Source: a bacterium
Lineage (GTDB): Bacteria; Electryoneota; Electryoneia; Electryoneales; Electryoneaceae
Direction of reading: 5' to 3'
DNA: 64,000 bases
Assembly: GCA_963669175.1 (NCBI GenBank)
Contig: OY769902.1
Span: forward strand, 1,792,001-1,856,000
In this document: positions 41,924 through 52,683 of the stretch, in pieces
Layout: each line of letters opens with the position of its first letter
Position numbering within the stretch: the stretch's first letter is position 1
Notes under the pieces: generated by a model
Database searches by the model: none
What the model saw: the letters and a program-made list of their open reading frames with translations, nothing else
What the model was told of the DNA's origin: nothing
Made by a program: the position numbers and the translations under genes

Positions 41924-42268
41924 ATGCAGGCAACAGCAAAAGCACGGTTCGTCCGGGTGGCCCCGCGAAAGGCTCGCCTGGTGGCGGACATGATAAGGGG
42001 TCAGAAGGCCGGTTGGGCCCAGGGTGTATTGACACACTCTCCCAAACGTGCAGCTGAACCGATTGAAAAGCTGCTGCGTAGTGCCCTGGCCAACCTGATG
42101 AACCAGGATGGAGCAGCAGGACTTGATGTGAACGAAGCTGTCATCCGTGAGATCGTGATTAATGAAGGGCCGACGTTACGTCGCTGGCGCCCACGCGCCA
42201 TGGGGCGGGCCACACGGATTCGTAAGCGCACCAGCCATTTGACCATCATGGTCGAAGTGGCGGAGTGA
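41924..42268 (+). CDS. rplV: 50S ribosomal protein L22
   Basis: [22 protein letters not shown]. Confidence 0.98.
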   Translation: MQATAKARFVRVAPRKARLVADMIRGQKAGWAQGVLTHSPKRAAEPIEKLLRSALANLMNQDGAAGLDVNEAVIREIVINEGPTLRRWRPRAMGRATRIRKRTSHLTIMVEVAE

Positions 42269-42284
42269 TCAGAAAGGCATAGAC

Positions 42285-42941
42285 ATGGGTCAGAAAGTAC
42301 ATCCGGTCGGATTTCGTCTGAAGGTCAACAAGACCTGGAGTTCCAACTGGTTCGATGAAACCAACTTCGCAGACAAGCTGAGCGAAGACCTGATGCTGCG
42401 TCGGTACCTGGACAAGCGTCTCCAGAACGCCGGTGTCGCCAAGGTTGAGATCGAACGGACGCCAAAGCTGATCACGATTTCGATTCACACCGCACGTCCA
42501 GGTATTGTCATTGGTCGTAAAGGCGCGGAAGTTGACAAGCTGAAGGCAGAGTTGGCCGCGGTAACCGGTAAAGATGTCCAGTTGAACATCTTTGAGATCA
42601 AGCGTCCGGAAATCGAAGCCGCCCTGGTCGCGGAATCCATCGCACACCAGTTGCGTGGACGCGTAAGCTTCCGCCGTGCCATGAAGAAGGCGATCCAGGC
42701 AGCGATGCGTATGGGCGCCGAAGGCATCAAGATCATGTGCAAGGGCCGTTTGGGTGGCGCTGAGATGAGCCGTCGGGAGATGTATAAAGAAGGTCGCATC
42801 CCGCTGCACACCCTGCGTGCTGATATCGATTACGCCCAGGATATAGCCCGGACCACGTATGGCACCATCGGTGTCAAGGTCTGGATCTGCAAGGGCGAGA
42901 TCTTAGGCAAGGGCGAAGGGACACAGGCCCGCGCCAGCTAA
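42285..42941 (+). CDS. rpsC: 30S ribosomal protein S3
   Basis: [33 protein letters not shown]. Confidence 0.99.
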   Translation: MGQKVHPVGFRLKVNKTWSSNWFDETNFADKLSEDLMLRRYLDKRLQNAGVAKVEIERTPKLITISIHTARPGIVIGRKGAEVDKLKAELAAVTGKDVQLNIFEIKRPEIEAALVAESIAHQLRGRVSFRRAMKKAIQAAMRMGAEGIKIMCKGRLGGAEMSRREMYKEGRIPLHTLRADIDYAQDIARTTYGTIGVKVWICKGEILGKGEGTQARAS

Positions 42942-43077
42942 GCCCGGTGATTGCCCGGTTGTTGACCGGGGATACACTGGAATGAATGGGCGGAATGCCG
43001 CCCCATGAGACGATAGTAGTAGTACCCTTACCCTCAGGATGTGGGTTTGGGGCTGGAACCAGATAGAGAGAGCGATC

Positions 43078-43491
43078 ATGCTTGCACCGAAGCGAGTACG
43101 CCGACGCAAAGTCCAGAAGGGCAGGACACGTGGATTGTCCTACCGGGGCAGTAAAGTATCGTTCGGCGATTTCGGCATCATGTCGACCGAGCCGGGGCAC
43201 ATTACAAGCCGCCAGATTGAAGCGTGTCGTGTTGCGATTACCCGTCATGTCAAACGTGGTGGTAAAGTGTGGATCCGGATATTCCCGGACAAACCGATGA
43301 CCAAAAAGCCTGCTGAAGTACGTATGGGTAAGGGCAAGGGTTCACCGGAATACTGGGTGGCGGTTGTGAAGCCGGGCCGTGTCATGTTTGAGCTGGGCGG
43401 TGTAGATGAAAAGCTGGCAAAGTCGGCATTGCGTCTGGCCCAGTACAAGTTGCCGGTGAGAACAAAGATCGTCGGCAGGTTGGAGGCATAA
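43078..43491 (+). CDS. rplP: 50S ribosomal protein L16
   Basis: RQIEACR, RIFPDKP, RMGKGKG, KLP. Confidence 0.98.
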   Translation: MLAPKRVRRRKVQKGRTRGLSYRGSKVSFGDFGIMSTEPGHITSRQIEACRVAITRHVKRGGKVWIRIFPDKPMTKKPAEVRMGKGKGSPEYWVAVVKPGRVMFELGGVDEKLAKSALRLAQYKLPVRTKIVGRLEA

Positions 43492-43492
43492 C

Positions 43493-43711
43493 ATGAAGAA
43501 CCTGGAAGAATATCGGGCGATGGACATGGAAGAGCTCAAGGCCCGCCTGGCCGATGCCGAGGAAGAATTTGCGAACTTACGCTTCCAGCTCGGTAGCAAG
43601 CAGCTCGAAAACCAGGTCAAGGTTCGTTTGCAGCGTCGCAATGTTGCGCAATTGAAGACCTTGATCCGGGAACGGGAACTTGGGATCAACCAGTTGCAGC
43701 CGAGGGAGTAG
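43493..43711 (+). CDS. rpmC: 50S ribosomal protein L29
   Basis: [18 protein letters not shown]; position. Confidence 0.96.
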   Translation: MKNLEEYRAMDMEELKARLADAEEEFANLRFQLGSKQLENQVKVRLQRRNVAQLKTLIRERELGINQLQPRE

Positions 43712-43714
43712 AGC

Positions 43715-43972
43715 GTGGACAAGCGTGGAAATCGCAAAATAGTGACCGGGACCGTCGTCTCGGACAAGATGGACAAGACGGTGACCGTTCTGGTGTCGCG
43801 CCGGCTGCAGCACCCGCTGTACAAAAAGTTCATCACCATGTCGAAGAAGTATCACGCACATGACGAGAACAACGAGTGCGGCATTGGGGATATGGTGAAG
43901 TTGATGGAAACCCGTCCCCTGAGTCGCAGCAAGCGTTGGCGTGTGACTGAGATTGTGAAGAAGGCAGTGTAA
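43715..43972 (+). CDS. rpsQ: 30S ribosomal protein S17
   Basis: [23 protein letters not shown]. Confidence 0.98.
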   Translation: MDKRGNRKIVTGTVVSDKMDKTVTVLVSRRLQHPLYKKFITMSKKYHAHDENNECGIGDMVKLMETRPLSRSKRWRVTEIVKKAV

Positions 43973-44042
43973 CGGACAGCGAAGCAGATCTTCGCTTGGA
44001 CGTAAGAATTGTCCCGGATTTCAGGGACCCCGTGAGGGCACC

Positions 44043-44411
44043 ATGATTCAAGAAGAAACCATGCTCACCGTAGCGGATAACACAGGTGCGAAGAAGGTCA
44101 AGTGTTTCCGTATCTTGGGTGGGACCAAGCGCCGCTATGCGTCGCTGGGCGACATCATCGTCGTCAGTGTGAAAACCGCGATCCCGAACAGCAATGTGAA
44201 AAAGGGATCGATCCAGCGCGCTGTAATCGTGCGGACCAAAAAGCCGGTGCGTCGTCGTGATGGTAGCTATATCCGCTTTGACGATAACGCTGCCGTGATC
44301 ATCGACGATCGGCATGAACCCCGCGGCACCCGCATCTTTGGACCGGTGGCGCGAGAGTTACGTGAACGCGAATTCATGAAAATCGTAAGCTTGGCGCCGG
44401 AGGTACTATGA
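44043..44411 (+). CDS. rplN: 50S ribosomal protein L14
   Basis: [29 protein letters not shown]. Confidence 0.99.
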   Translation: MIQEETMLTVADNTGAKKVKCFRILGGTKRRYASLGDIIVVSVKTAIPNSNVKKGSIQRAVIVRTKKPVRRRDGSYIRFDDNAAVIIDDRHEPRGTRIFGPVARELREREFMKIVSLAPEVL

Positions 44412-44767
44412 TCAGGCGCAGGAAAAAAGTTGACCGGCATGGCTTCAAGATTCGTAAAGGCGATGAAGTCGTCGTGATTGCCGGAAACGACAAAGGTAAG
44501 CACGGTAAAGTGCTGAAGGTATTTCCTTCAGAAGATCGCATCATCGTTGAAGGTGTAAACTTTATCAAGCGCCATACCCGTGCATCTCAACAACTGCCCC
44601 AGGGCGGAATCGTTGAGCGTGAAGGCAAAATTCACGTTTCAAACGTCAAAGTGATGGATCCGAAGTCGGGTAAACCGACACGTATCGGCCATACTTTTGT
44701 AGACGCTGACGGCGGCAAGAAGAAGCGTGTCCGTGTGGCCAAAGTCTCCGGCGAAGTACTTGGTTAG
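44408..44767 (+). CDS. rplX: 50S ribosomal protein L24
   Basis: [18 protein letters not shown] motif, IHVSNV. Confidence 0.98.
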   Translation: MIRRRKKVDRHGFKIRKGDEVVVIAGNDKGKHGKVLKVFPSEDRIIVEGVNFIKRHTRASQQLPQGGIVEREGKIHVSNVKVMDPKSGKPTRIGHTFVDADGGKKKRVRVAKVSGEVLG

Positions 44768-44775
44768 GTGATATC

Positions 44776-45450
44776 GTGGCGAAGCAGACCAAAGAAGACA
44801 AGAAGAATAAGGGTCAGAAGGGACAACCCGAACAGGCATCAAAGAAGAAGAAGCCTGTAGAGTCAGTCCCCGTTCCGGAAGGATATATTCCCCGGATGCA
44901 GACCCAGTACCGGGATGAAGTTGCACCGGCGCTGATGAAGAAATTCAACTTTGGCTCCCAGATGGAAGTCCCCCGGATGGTGAGCGTTGTGTTGAACGTG
45001 GGTATTGGTGACGCCCACCAGGATCAGCGGCTTCTCGACAGCGTGTTGGAAGAGCTTGAAACTATCGCCGGCCAGAAGCCGGTGGTTACCCGGGCACGCA
45101 AGTCGATCAGTAACTTCAAGCTGCGTGAAGGCATGGCGGTAGGCGCTCGCGTTACCCTGCGTCGTGCACACATGTGGGAGTTCATGGATAAGCTGTTTAA
45201 CCTGGCTTCTCCACGAATCCGCGACTTCCGTGGTCTTCCGGACCGGTCGTTTGACGGCCGTGGCAATTATACCGTCGGCATCAAGGAACAGATTGTGTTC
45301 CCGGAAATCGACTACGACAAAGTAGTCAAGATTCACGGGATGGACATCACGTTCGTAACGACGGCTAAAAACGACGAAGAAGGCAAAGCGTTGCTGGAAG
45401 CCTTGGGATGTCCGTTCCGTAAACGGACCCCGGCCCAGGCGCAAGCCTAG
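44776..45450 (+). CDS. rplE: 50S ribosomal protein L5 (N-terminally extended)
   Basis: GQKPVVT, FKLREG, PRIRDFRG, FDGRGNY, FPEI. Confidence 0.98.
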   Translation: MAKQTKEDKKNKGQKGQPEQASKKKKPVESVPVPEGYIPRMQTQYRDEVAPALMKKFNFGSQMEVPRMVSVVLNVGIGDAHQDQRLLDSVLEELETIAGQKPVVTRARKSISNFKLREGMAVGARVTLRRAHMWEFMDKLFNLASPRIRDFRGLPDRSFDGRGNYTVGIKEQIVFPEIDYDKVVKIHGMDITFVTTAKNDEEGKALLEALGCPFRKRTPAQAQA

Positions 45451-45471
45451 GAAGCATAAAGGGAGTCGATC

Positions 45472-45657
45472 ATGGCGAAAAAGGCTCTGATCGCGAAAGC
45501 CAAGAGAACGCCAAAGTTTAATGTGCGCGGTTATAACCGCTGCAGTCGGTGTGGACGGCCTCGTGCGTATATTCGTAAGTTCGGAATCTGCCGTATCTGT
45601 TTCCGTGAACTCGCGCTGCAGGGCATGATCCCAGGCGTTTCAAAATCCAGCTGGTAA
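45472..45657 (+). CDS. rpsN: 30S ribosomal protein S14 type Z
   Basis: 61 aa, [16 protein letters not shown]. Confidence 0.98.
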   Translation: MAKKALIAKAKRTPKFNVRGYNRCSRCGRPRAYIRKFGICRICFRELALQGMIPGVSKSSW

Positions 45658-45696
45658 CCACAGGCGTGGTTAAGTCCTTAGGAAAGGATACTGACT

Positions 45697-46101
45697 GTGT
45701 CACGTACGACAAACGATCCCATTGCGGATTACCTGACACGGATCCGGAACGCGATTAATGCGCGTCAACGGAAAGTGGACATCCCGTCTTCGAAAATGAA
45801 GCGGGAACTCTCCCGGGTGATGAAGGAGACTGGCTTTATCCGGGATTACCTCAATATCGAGGATGACAAGCAGGGGCTGATCCGGCTGTACCTGAAGGTC
45901 GACCGGAGTGGACGTAGCGCGATTACTGGCATGAAGCGCGTCAGTCGTCCAGGTCTGCGGCAGTATGTCGGGGTAGATGAGATTCCCCGCGTCCGTAACG
46001 GATTGGGTGTTTCGATTATGTCAACCCCACGTGGAATCCTGACCGGACAGCAGGCCAAGAGCCAGAATGTTGGTGGCGAAGTTCTCTGTATTGTTTGGTA
46101 A
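45697..46101 (+). CDS. rpsH: 30S ribosomal protein S8
   Basis: DPIADYLTRIRNA, SRPGLR, GGEVLC. Confidence 0.98.
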   Translation: MSRTTNDPIADYLTRIRNAINARQRKVDIPSSKMKRELSRVMKETGFIRDYLNIEDDKQGLIRLYLKVDRSGRSAITGMKRVSRPGLRQYVGVDEIPRVRNGLGVSIMSTPRGILTGQQAKSQNVGGEVLCIVW

Positions 46102-46149
46102 CGGAAACTGGCCAGGTTTCCCGACTCGTGTCGGGTGGAGGTTTAGAAG

Positions 46150-46737
46150 ATGTCACGCATTGGAAAACGGCCGATTCCAATTCCGGAAAAGGTCGATGTC
46201 AAGATAGACGGGCAACATGTTACGGTTAAGGGACCGTTGGGTGAGTTGACCCACGAGTTCGTACCGGAAGTGGAACTCGTAATCGAAGACGGCCAGGTTG
46301 TGGTAAAGCCCCGTGGCGAAACGAAAGAACATCGTGGACGCTGGGGGCTGTCGCGCACGTTGATGGCCAACATGGTGGATGGTGTAACCGCCGGCTTTGA
46401 GAAGATCCTTTTGATCTGCGGTGTTGGTTACTCTGCCGAAGTCAAGGGCAATGGCCTGATGATTCGTGTTGGTTATTCACATCCAGTCTGGCTTGGCGCC
46501 CCCCCGGACATCAAGTTCGAGGTTTTGCAGCCATCCCAGTGGAGCGAAGCCGGCATTACCAAGCAGGTTGAGAACCAGAACGTGGCTATCCGCGTTCGCG
46601 GAATCAGCAAGCAGTTGGTCGGTCAAGTAACGGCCCGTATCCGGCGGATTCGTCCACCGGAACCCTACAAGGGTAAAGGGATTCGATACAACAACGAACA
46701 AGTGCGCCGGAAGGCAGGAAAGGCGGCGAAGAAGTAA
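46150..46737 (+). CDS. rplF: 50S ribosomal protein L6 (internal insertion)
   Basis: [25 protein letters not shown]. Confidence 0.98.
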   Translation: MSRIGKRPIPIPEKVDVKIDGQHVTVKGPLGELTHEFVPEVELVIEDGQVVVKPRGETKEHRGRWGLSRTLMANMVDGVTAGFEKILLICGVGYSAEVKGNGLMIRVGYSHPVWLGAPPDIKFEVLQPSQWSEAGITKQVENQNVAIRVRGISKQLVGQVTARIRRIRPPEPYKGKGIRYNNEQVRRKAGKAAKK

Positions 46738-47186
46738 TGGCAACGAAACAGGAAAAGAGGAAGCGGGCGCAACAGCGGCGCAAGAAGCACATCCGCAAGG
46801 TTGTGTACGGTACGGCCGAACGGCCCCGGCTCGTGGTCAATCGGACCCTGAAGCACATTACTGCGTCGTTGGTCAATGATGATGAAGGTAAGACACTGAC
46901 CGGCATCATCGATTCCAGCCTGGGCGAAACTGATTTCCCGCTGAACCCTCCGGCAGCGAAGCCTGCAGAAGGTGAAGAGGGCGGCGAGAAGAAGAAAGAA
47001 AAGAAGGCCAAGGGTCCGGCGTTGAAGGGTAAGACTGCGCAAGCATACCGTGTCGGTATGGCCATCGCGTCCATCGCCAAAGAACGTGGGATTAAATCGG
47101 TCGTCTTTGACCGCAATGGGTTCCGTTATCATGGTCGCGTAAAAGCGGTCGCAGACGGAGCGCGCAAGGGAGGTTTGGAGTTTTGA
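46737..47186 (+). CDS. rplR: 50S ribosomal protein L18 (internal insertion)
   Basis: [27 protein letters not shown]. Confidence 0.97.
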   Translation: MATKQEKRKRAQQRRKKHIRKVVYGTAERPRLVVNRTLKHITASLVNDDEGKTLTGIIDSSLGETDFPLNPPAAKPAEGEEGGEKKKEKKAKGPALKGKTAQAYRVGMAIASIAKERGIKSVVFDRNGFRYHGRVKAVADGARKGGLEF

Positions 47187-47719
47187 ACCGCAGAAGCAAT
47201 CGTGGAGACCGTGAGGGCGGCGCGCCGACGGCAGCCGATCTCGGGCTGATCGAAAAAGTGGTGCACATCAATCGTGTCGCCAAGGTCGTCAAGGGCGGGC
47301 GTAACTTCAGCTTCAATGCCATCGTGGTGGTCGGAGACGGCAAAGGCCGCGTAGGTTTCGGGCTGGGTAAGGCTCGCGAAGTATCAGAAGCCATCACCAA
47401 GGGCGGCGAAATCGCCAAGCGTTCGATGAAACGCTATCCCCTGGTAGGCACAACACTGCCGCATGCGCTGATCGGGCGCTTCGGCGCTGCCAAGATTGTG
47501 ATCAAGCCGGCCTCTGAAGGTACTGGTGTGATCGCTGGCGGCCCCGTGCGTGCCGTCATGGAGTGTCTTGGAGTGCGTGACGTACTGACCAAGTCCCTGG
47601 GCAGCCGTAACCCTCACAACATGGTGAAGGCGACACTGGCTGGTCTGGAAGCCATGGAAGACCTGTCAAAGGTCGCGTACAAGCGCGGCGTGAGCTTCAA
47701 GGAGGTATTTGAGGCATGA
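47183..47719 (+). CDS. rpsE: 30S ribosomal protein S5
   Basis: [23 protein letters not shown]; TTG start uncertain. Confidence 0.97.
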   Translation: MNRRSNRGDREGGAPTAADLGLIEKVVHINRVAKVVKGGRNFSFNAIVVVGDGKGRVGFGLGKAREVSEAITKGGEIAKRSMKRYPLVGTTLPHALIGRFGAAKIVIKPASEGTGVIAGGPVRAVMECLGVRDVLTKSLGSRNPHNMVKATLAGLEAMEDLSKVAYKRGVSFKEVFEA

Positions 47720-47907
47720 GCGCGGGCAAGCTGAAGATTACCTGGGTGCGTAGCGCCATTCACCGCCAGGAAAAGCAGAAGAAGATTATCGAGGCGCTCG
47801 GGCTGCGCAAGCTGAACCAGAGTGTGATTCACGACGACAGTCCCACAATCCGCGGCATGCTTGATAAGGTGCCTCATCTGATCAAGGTAGAGCCCGCGGA
47901 AGGGTGA
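47716..47907 (+). CDS. rpmD: 50S ribosomal protein L30
   Basis: ALGLRK..IRGM..V.HL; position. Confidence 0.96.
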   Translation: MSAGKLKITWVRSAIHRQEKQKKIIEALGLRKLNQSVIHDDSPTIRGMLDKVPHLIKVEPAEG

Positions 47908-47921
47908 AAGAGGATAGGGCA

Positions 47922-48434
47922 ATGCCGAAGCTGTTGAGCAACTTGAAACCGGCTTCCGGGTCGGTGAGAAAGAACCATAAGCGTCGTGGCCGCGGTACGG
48001 GGTCCGGCCTGGGCGATACTGCCGGTCGTGGACATAAAGGTCAGCAGTCCCGAAGTGGCTACAAGCGCAGGGCTTGGTTCGAAGGCGGCCAGATGCCGAT
48101 TCAGCGGCGTCTGCCGAAGCGCGGATTTAAGAACATCTGGCGCGAAGAGGTTCAAATTGTTAACTTGTCAGATTTGGACCGCCTGGCGCAGGACATTACT
48201 GAAGTCAATGCCGAAGTGCTTGCAAGCAACGGCATGATCAAGAATGCCAATGTGCCTGTTAAGCTTTTGGGCGATGGAGAAGCAACACGTGCATGGAATG
48301 TCGATCTTGCCGCTGTTAGCAAGAGTGCCGTTGAGAAAGTAGAAGCGGCCGGTGGTAAAGTGACAGTTCCGCCTCCTGCGCCTAAACGCGGCAAGTACAA
48401 GAAGAAGGCTGAACGGCAGAACGCCGAAGCCTGA
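47922..48434 (+). CDS. rplO: 50S ribosomal protein L15
   Basis: GRGTGSG, GRGHKGQ, FEGGQMP..RRLPKRGF, KLLGDG. Confidence 0.98.
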   Translation: MPKLLSNLKPASGSVRKNHKRRGRGTGSGLGDTAGRGHKGQQSRSGYKRRAWFEGGQMPIQRRLPKRGFKNIWREEVQIVNLSDLDRLAQDITEVNAEVLASNGMIKNANVPVKLLGDGEATRAWNVDLAAVSKSAVEKVEAAGGKVTVPPPAPKRGKYKKKAERQNAEA

Positions 48435-48485
48435 TTCCGGTGAATATCGGCTAAGAACGTGCCACAACCGCGAGTGCACTGAACG

Positions 48486-49817
48486 ATGATCGAGAAGCTG
48501 CAGAACATCTTCAAGATCCCTGAGTTACGGAAGCGCATCCTGTTCACCTTGATGATTTTTATCATCTATCGGTTGGGCGGACACATTCCGGTACCGGGAG
48601 TCGACGCAGCGGTTCTGGGACAATGGTTCCAGAACCAGCAGAATGGATTGTTAGGGCTGTACGACCTTTTCGCAGGCGGAAACCTGAGCCGTGCGACAAT
48701 TTTTGCCCTGGGTATCATGCCCTATATCTCCGCGTCCATCATTCTGCAACTCATGGGCACCGTGGTCCCCTACTTCCACAAACTGCAACAGCAGGGTGAA
48801 GAGGGACGGAAGAAGATTACCCAGTTGACCCGTTACGGTACTGTTGGCATCAGCGCCATGCAGTCCCTGGGTGTCGCTGCATTCCTTGCCAGCGTGACCC
48901 TGAGCGGACGCCCGGTGGCGCTGCACACGGGAATCGGGTTCTACCTGCTGACCATGATTACACTGACAGCTGGTACCATCTTCATCATGTGGCTCGGTGA
49001 ACAGATAGATGTACGAGGTATTGGGAACGGCATTTCATTGATCATCTTCATTGGTATCATTGACCGTTTCCCGGCTGCAATCGGACGTGAAGTCAGCATG
49101 GTTGTCCAGGGTGTCCAGGGACATTCACTGTTCAAGTTCCTCTTCCTGATCGTAGTCATGATAGCGACGACTATGGCGGTAGTAGCCTTGACACAGGGAC
49201 AGCGACGGATCCCGGTGCAGTATACCAAGCGCGTGGTCGGAAGGAAGATGTATGGCGGTCAGTCAACACATATTCCGCTGCGTATAAACACCGCCGGTGT
49301 TATGCCGATCATCTTCGCGCAGACCATCATGTTTTTCCCGCAGACCATCGCGACCTTTGTCCCGGCGGGCGGGTTCCAGGACTGGCTGAACAATGCGTTC
49401 AGTTACACAAGCTGGATTTACATGCTGTTCTACGGCGCGTTGATCATCTTCTTCACCTATTTCTATACGGCAATCGCTTTTAACCCGGTTGACGTTGCGA
49501 ACAACCTGAAGAAGTACGGTGGCATGATTCCAGGCGTGAAGCCCGGTAAGAAAACATCCGAGTTCCTTGACAATATCCTGACACGCATCACCCTTCCGGG
49601 ATCGATTGCATTGGCGATCATCGCAGTATTCCCAACGATTATTGCCAAGTACAGCAACGTGGATTATAACCTGTCGTCATTCTACGGCGGCACAAGTCTG
49701 CTGATCGTGGTAGGTGTTGCACTGGATACTTTGCAGCAGGTCGATTCACACTTGCTGATGCGTCACTACGATGGCTTGATGAAGAGCGGTCGTTTGAAAG
49801 GCAGGCGTCGGATGTAG
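48486..49817 (+). CDS. secY: Preprotein translocase subunit SecY
   Basis: IFALGIMPYISASII, GIGNGISL, AGVMPIIFA, GGTSLLIVVGV. Confidence 0.99.
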   Translation: MIEKLQNIFKIPELRKRILFTLMIFIIYRLGGHIPVPGVDAAVLGQWFQNQQNGLLGLYDLFAGGNLSRATIFALGIMPYISASIILQLMGTVVPYFHKLQQQGEEGRKKITQLTRYGTVGISAMQSLGVAAFLASVTLSGRPVALHTGIGFYLLTMITLTAGTIFIMWLGEQIDVRGIGNGISLIIFIGIIDRFPAAIGREVSMVVQGVQGHSLFKFLFLIVVMIATTMAVVALTQGQRRIPVQYTKRVVGRKMYGGQSTHIPLRINTAGVMPIIFAQTIMFFPQTIATFVPAGGFQDWLNNAFSYTSWIYMLFYGALIIFFTYFYTAIAFNPVDVANNLKKYGGMIPGVKPGKKTSEFLDNILTRITLPGSIALAIIAVFPTIIAKYSNVDYNLSSFYGGTSLLIVVGVALDTLQQVDSHLLMRHYDGLMKSGRLKGRRRM

Positions 49818-49833
49818 TTTCATCCCTGGGAGG

Positions 49834-50823
49834 ATGAATATGCACCGGGTAATAAAAGTTCTGTTCTTTAACATTCTTACAGTCCTTGTGTTGTTCCTTC
49901 TTGCTGAAGGAGTCTCAAGGCTCATTTGGGGGAAGCAGTTCCTCAACATTACAAACCTGCAGTTGATGTGGTTTTATCCACCGCAGCAGGATCGCAGGTT
50001 TCACCCGAATTGGCCGAAGACGATGTCAGTTGGCGAGGATACCTTCCGGGTATCGTTGGAGCGCCTGGAAGATTCTGATGTAGACATTCTCATCGTGGGA
50101 GATTCACAGACCTTCGGATGGGGCGTCAATGATTCAGAAGCCTGGCCGACAGCTCTGGAAAGAGCGCTTCGTGAGAAAGGGATAAAGGCAAACGTCTACA
50201 ACGGGGGAGTCGCCGGTTATTCAACCGAGCAGATTCTTGCGAGATGGCGAAGAGAAATAGGGAAACGATCTTTTGATGTGACCCTGTTTGGCTTGACCCC
50301 CGGAAATGAAGCGCGTTATGCACCACAAGGCGCTGTGCGTGAACAGTATATTTCCGCACGTAAAAGAAAAGCGCCGTTAAGGCATTCGACTTTTTTTACA
50401 GTTCTTTGGAAACTTTTACGCAAGCCGCCAGAGCAGGAAGAAACGTCTGTTGAAACATATACTCGCAGACTAATGGCGGGCGAACTGGACACAACAGACT
50501 ACTGGGATCCTTATTACGCTACCTGGGATGAATTAGCCAGGGATCCTCGTTCGGGCAAAGTAGGGGTTGTGCTTCTTGAAAAAGAGCAGATTGGCTACAG
50601 TGAAGGATTTCTCCAACTGATTCAATCTGATTCCATACCCTTTGCCGATGGAGCGGCGTATGTAGATTCCGTGCGCGACAGTGGCAAAGAGATACGCAAT
50701 GATCCGATAGTAGGGCATTATTTACCAGAATTGTATGATGCGATAGGCCGTATTGCAGCGATACAGGTACTCGAAATGCTTGCGCAGCATCCGGATACGT
50801 TGGATGTCCAAGACTACGAGTAA
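49834..50823 (+). CDS. Membrane-anchored SGNH/GDSL hydrolase or O-acyltransferase (AlgJ/AlgX-like)
   Basis: N-terminal TM, block I IVGDSQTFG, block II NGGVAGYS, block III GN, C-terminal D...GH. Confidence 0.78.
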   Translation: MNMHRVIKVLFFNILTVLVLFLLAEGVSRLIWGKQFLNITNLQLMWFYPPQQDRRFHPNWPKTMSVGEDTFRVSLERLEDSDVDILIVGDSQTFGWGVNDSEAWPTALERALREKGIKANVYNGGVAGYSTEQILARWRREIGKRSFDVTLFGLTPGNEARYAPQGAVREQYISARKRKAPLRHSTFFTVLWKLLRKPPEQEETSVETYTRRLMAGELDTTDYWDPYYATWDELARDPRSGKVGVVLLEKEQIGYSEGFLQLIQSDSIPFADGAAYVDSVRDSGKEIRNDPIVGHYLPELYDAIGRIAAIQVLEMLAQHPDTLDVQDYE

Positions 50824-50866
50824 CAAGCTGAGATACTTTGAAACTTGAATTCGGGGGAAGTAAAAC

Positions 50867-51502
50867 ATGCGTCTCATCCTGTTAGGCCCTCCAGGGGTCG
50901 GCAAGGGCACGCAGGCACAGTTCCTGATCGACAAGCTGGGCGCGATCCAGTTGTCTACGGGCGATCTGTTGCGGGCCGCGGTACGGGAAGGTACCGAGCT
51001 GGGCAAGACGGCGAAGAAATTCATGGATGCCGGTGAGTTGGTCACGGATGAAATCATCCTGGGCCTGATCGGTGAAAAGATGAAAGAGCTTGGCGACAAG
51101 CCGGTGATCTTCGACGGTTTCCCGAGGACCATCCCCCAGGCCGAAGGTCTGGACAAGCTGATGGATGAGCTCAGCATGAAGGTTGATAAGGCTGTGGAGC
51201 TTACGGTTGACGATGAGGTCGTTGTCGGTCGTTTGAGCGCACGCCGTAGCTGCCCCAAGTGTGGCGCAGTGTACAACCTGATGTTCAAGCCCCCGAAGGA
51301 TGAGGGCAAGTGCGATAACGATGGCGAAGCCCTGGTGCAGCGCGATGACGACAAGGAAAGCGTGATCCGCAATCGGCTGAAGATCTATCATGATCAGACA
51401 GCGCCATTGTCAGAGTACTACAACAAGCAGGACAAGCTGTTCCAGGTGGACGGCGATGGAACTGTTGAAGATGTCCGTAAGCGGGTGGAAGCAGCAGTTT
51501 AG
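50867..51502 (+). CDS. adk: Adenylate kinase (zinc-type LID)
   Basis: GPPGVGKGT, STGDLLR, DGFPRT, CPKC..CDND, QRDDD. Confidence 0.98.
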   Translation: MRLILLGPPGVGKGTQAQFLIDKLGAIQLSTGDLLRAAVREGTELGKTAKKFMDAGELVTDEIILGLIGEKMKELGDKPVIFDGFPRTIPQAEGLDKLMDELSMKVDKAVELTVDDEVVVGRLSARRSCPKCGAVYNLMFKPPKDEGKCDNDGEALVQRDDDKESVIRNRLKIYHDQTAPLSEYYNKQDKLFQVDGDGTVEDVRKRVEAAV

Positions 51503-51546
51503 TAGTGAAACAAAGTGTTCTTTAAAGTAGATAGAAGACGACAACC

Positions 51547-52317
51547 ATGATTCAACTGAAGAATCCGGACGAGATCGAAAAACTGGCTCGTGCAAACGGG
51601 CTGGTTGGAGAGTGTCTCGCAATCGCGCGCAGTATGGTGCGTCCGGGAATCAGTACCGCAGAGATCAACGAGGCGGTTGAGAAACACATTGCGGATCATG
51701 GCGCCGAGCCGGCATTCAAGGGCTATAAGCTGGGGCCGGGAATACCCCCTTTCCCCGCGGCCTGTTGCATGTCCATAGATGATGAAGTCGTTCATGGTTT
51801 TCCACGGGAAGACCTGTTACAGGACGGCATGATTGTCAGTGTGGACATCGGAGCAAAGCTGAATGGCTGGTATGGCGACGCGGCGCGGACGTTCCTGGTT
51901 GGTGACAGTGTTCCTGAAGATGTGAAGGAGCTGGTCGCAGCCACAGAAAAAGCACGCGACCTGGGCATTGAAAAGCTCGTTCCCGGCAATCACTTGTCGG
52001 ATTTTGGGCACACGGTCCAGAAATATGTGGAAAAGCGTGGTTTTTCCGTTGTGCGCGATATGGTTGGTCACGGGATTGGCACAAATCTCCACGAGGAGCC
52101 ACAGGTGCCGAATTACGGCAAGCCCGGAAAAGGCTTGAAGCTGCGTGCCGGGATGGTAATTGCCGTTGAACCGATGATTAACCTGGGAACGTACCGGGTG
52201 AAAGTGTTGTCGGATCATTGGACAGTAGTAACCGCGGATGGAAAACCGTCAGCCCATTTTGAGCATACGGTTGCGATTACGGAAAGCGGTCCAAAGATTC
52301 TGTCAAACGAACCATAG
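51547..52317 (+). CDS. map: Methionine aminopeptidase type I
   Basis: VVHGFP, DIG..GD, GHGIG..HEEP, EPM, SAHFEHT. Confidence 0.98.
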   Translation: MIQLKNPDEIEKLARANGLVGECLAIARSMVRPGISTAEINEAVEKHIADHGAEPAFKGYKLGPGIPPFPAACCMSIDDEVVHGFPREDLLQDGMIVSVDIGAKLNGWYGDAARTFLVGDSVPEDVKELVAATEKARDLGIEKLVPGNHLSDFGHTVQKYVEKRGFSVVRDMVGHGIGTNLHEEPQVPNYGKPGKGLKLRAGMVIAVEPMINLGTYRVKVLSDHWTVVTADGKPSAHFEHTVAITESGPKILSNEP

Positions 52318-52335
52318 ATACATTCTGGAGGCTAC

Positions 52336-52554
52336 TTGGCCAAGGAAGAATCCATAAAGATGGATGGCACAATTATCGAGACTCTGCCCAACGCCTCATT
52401 TTTAGTAGAGGTCGAGGGAGGTCACAGGGTGCTGGCTCATATTTCGGGAAAGATGCGTATGCACTACATTCGCATTTTGCCCGGTGACAAGGTGACTGTC
52501 GAATTGAGCCCCTATGATCTCAGTCGGGGTCGTATTGTGTACCGGTACAAGTAG
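52336..52554 (+). CDS. infA: Translation initiation factor IF-1
   Basis: [20 protein letters not shown]; GGAGG SD and TTG start. Confidence 0.98.
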   Translation: MAKEESIKMDGTIIETLPNASFLVEVEGGHRVLAHISGKMRMHYIRILPGDKVTVELSPYDLSRGRIVYRYK

Positions 52555-52683
52555 ACTCTTATCCTGTGCGACCTTGTCGCTTCAGGAGTGGCCATAGGTA
52601 GAAGTAATTCGGAACAGTTCCTCAGGGACAGATTCCGTTGAGATGAAGGTGCCAGTCAGAGGATTGGCGAAAGGAGCGGAAGG

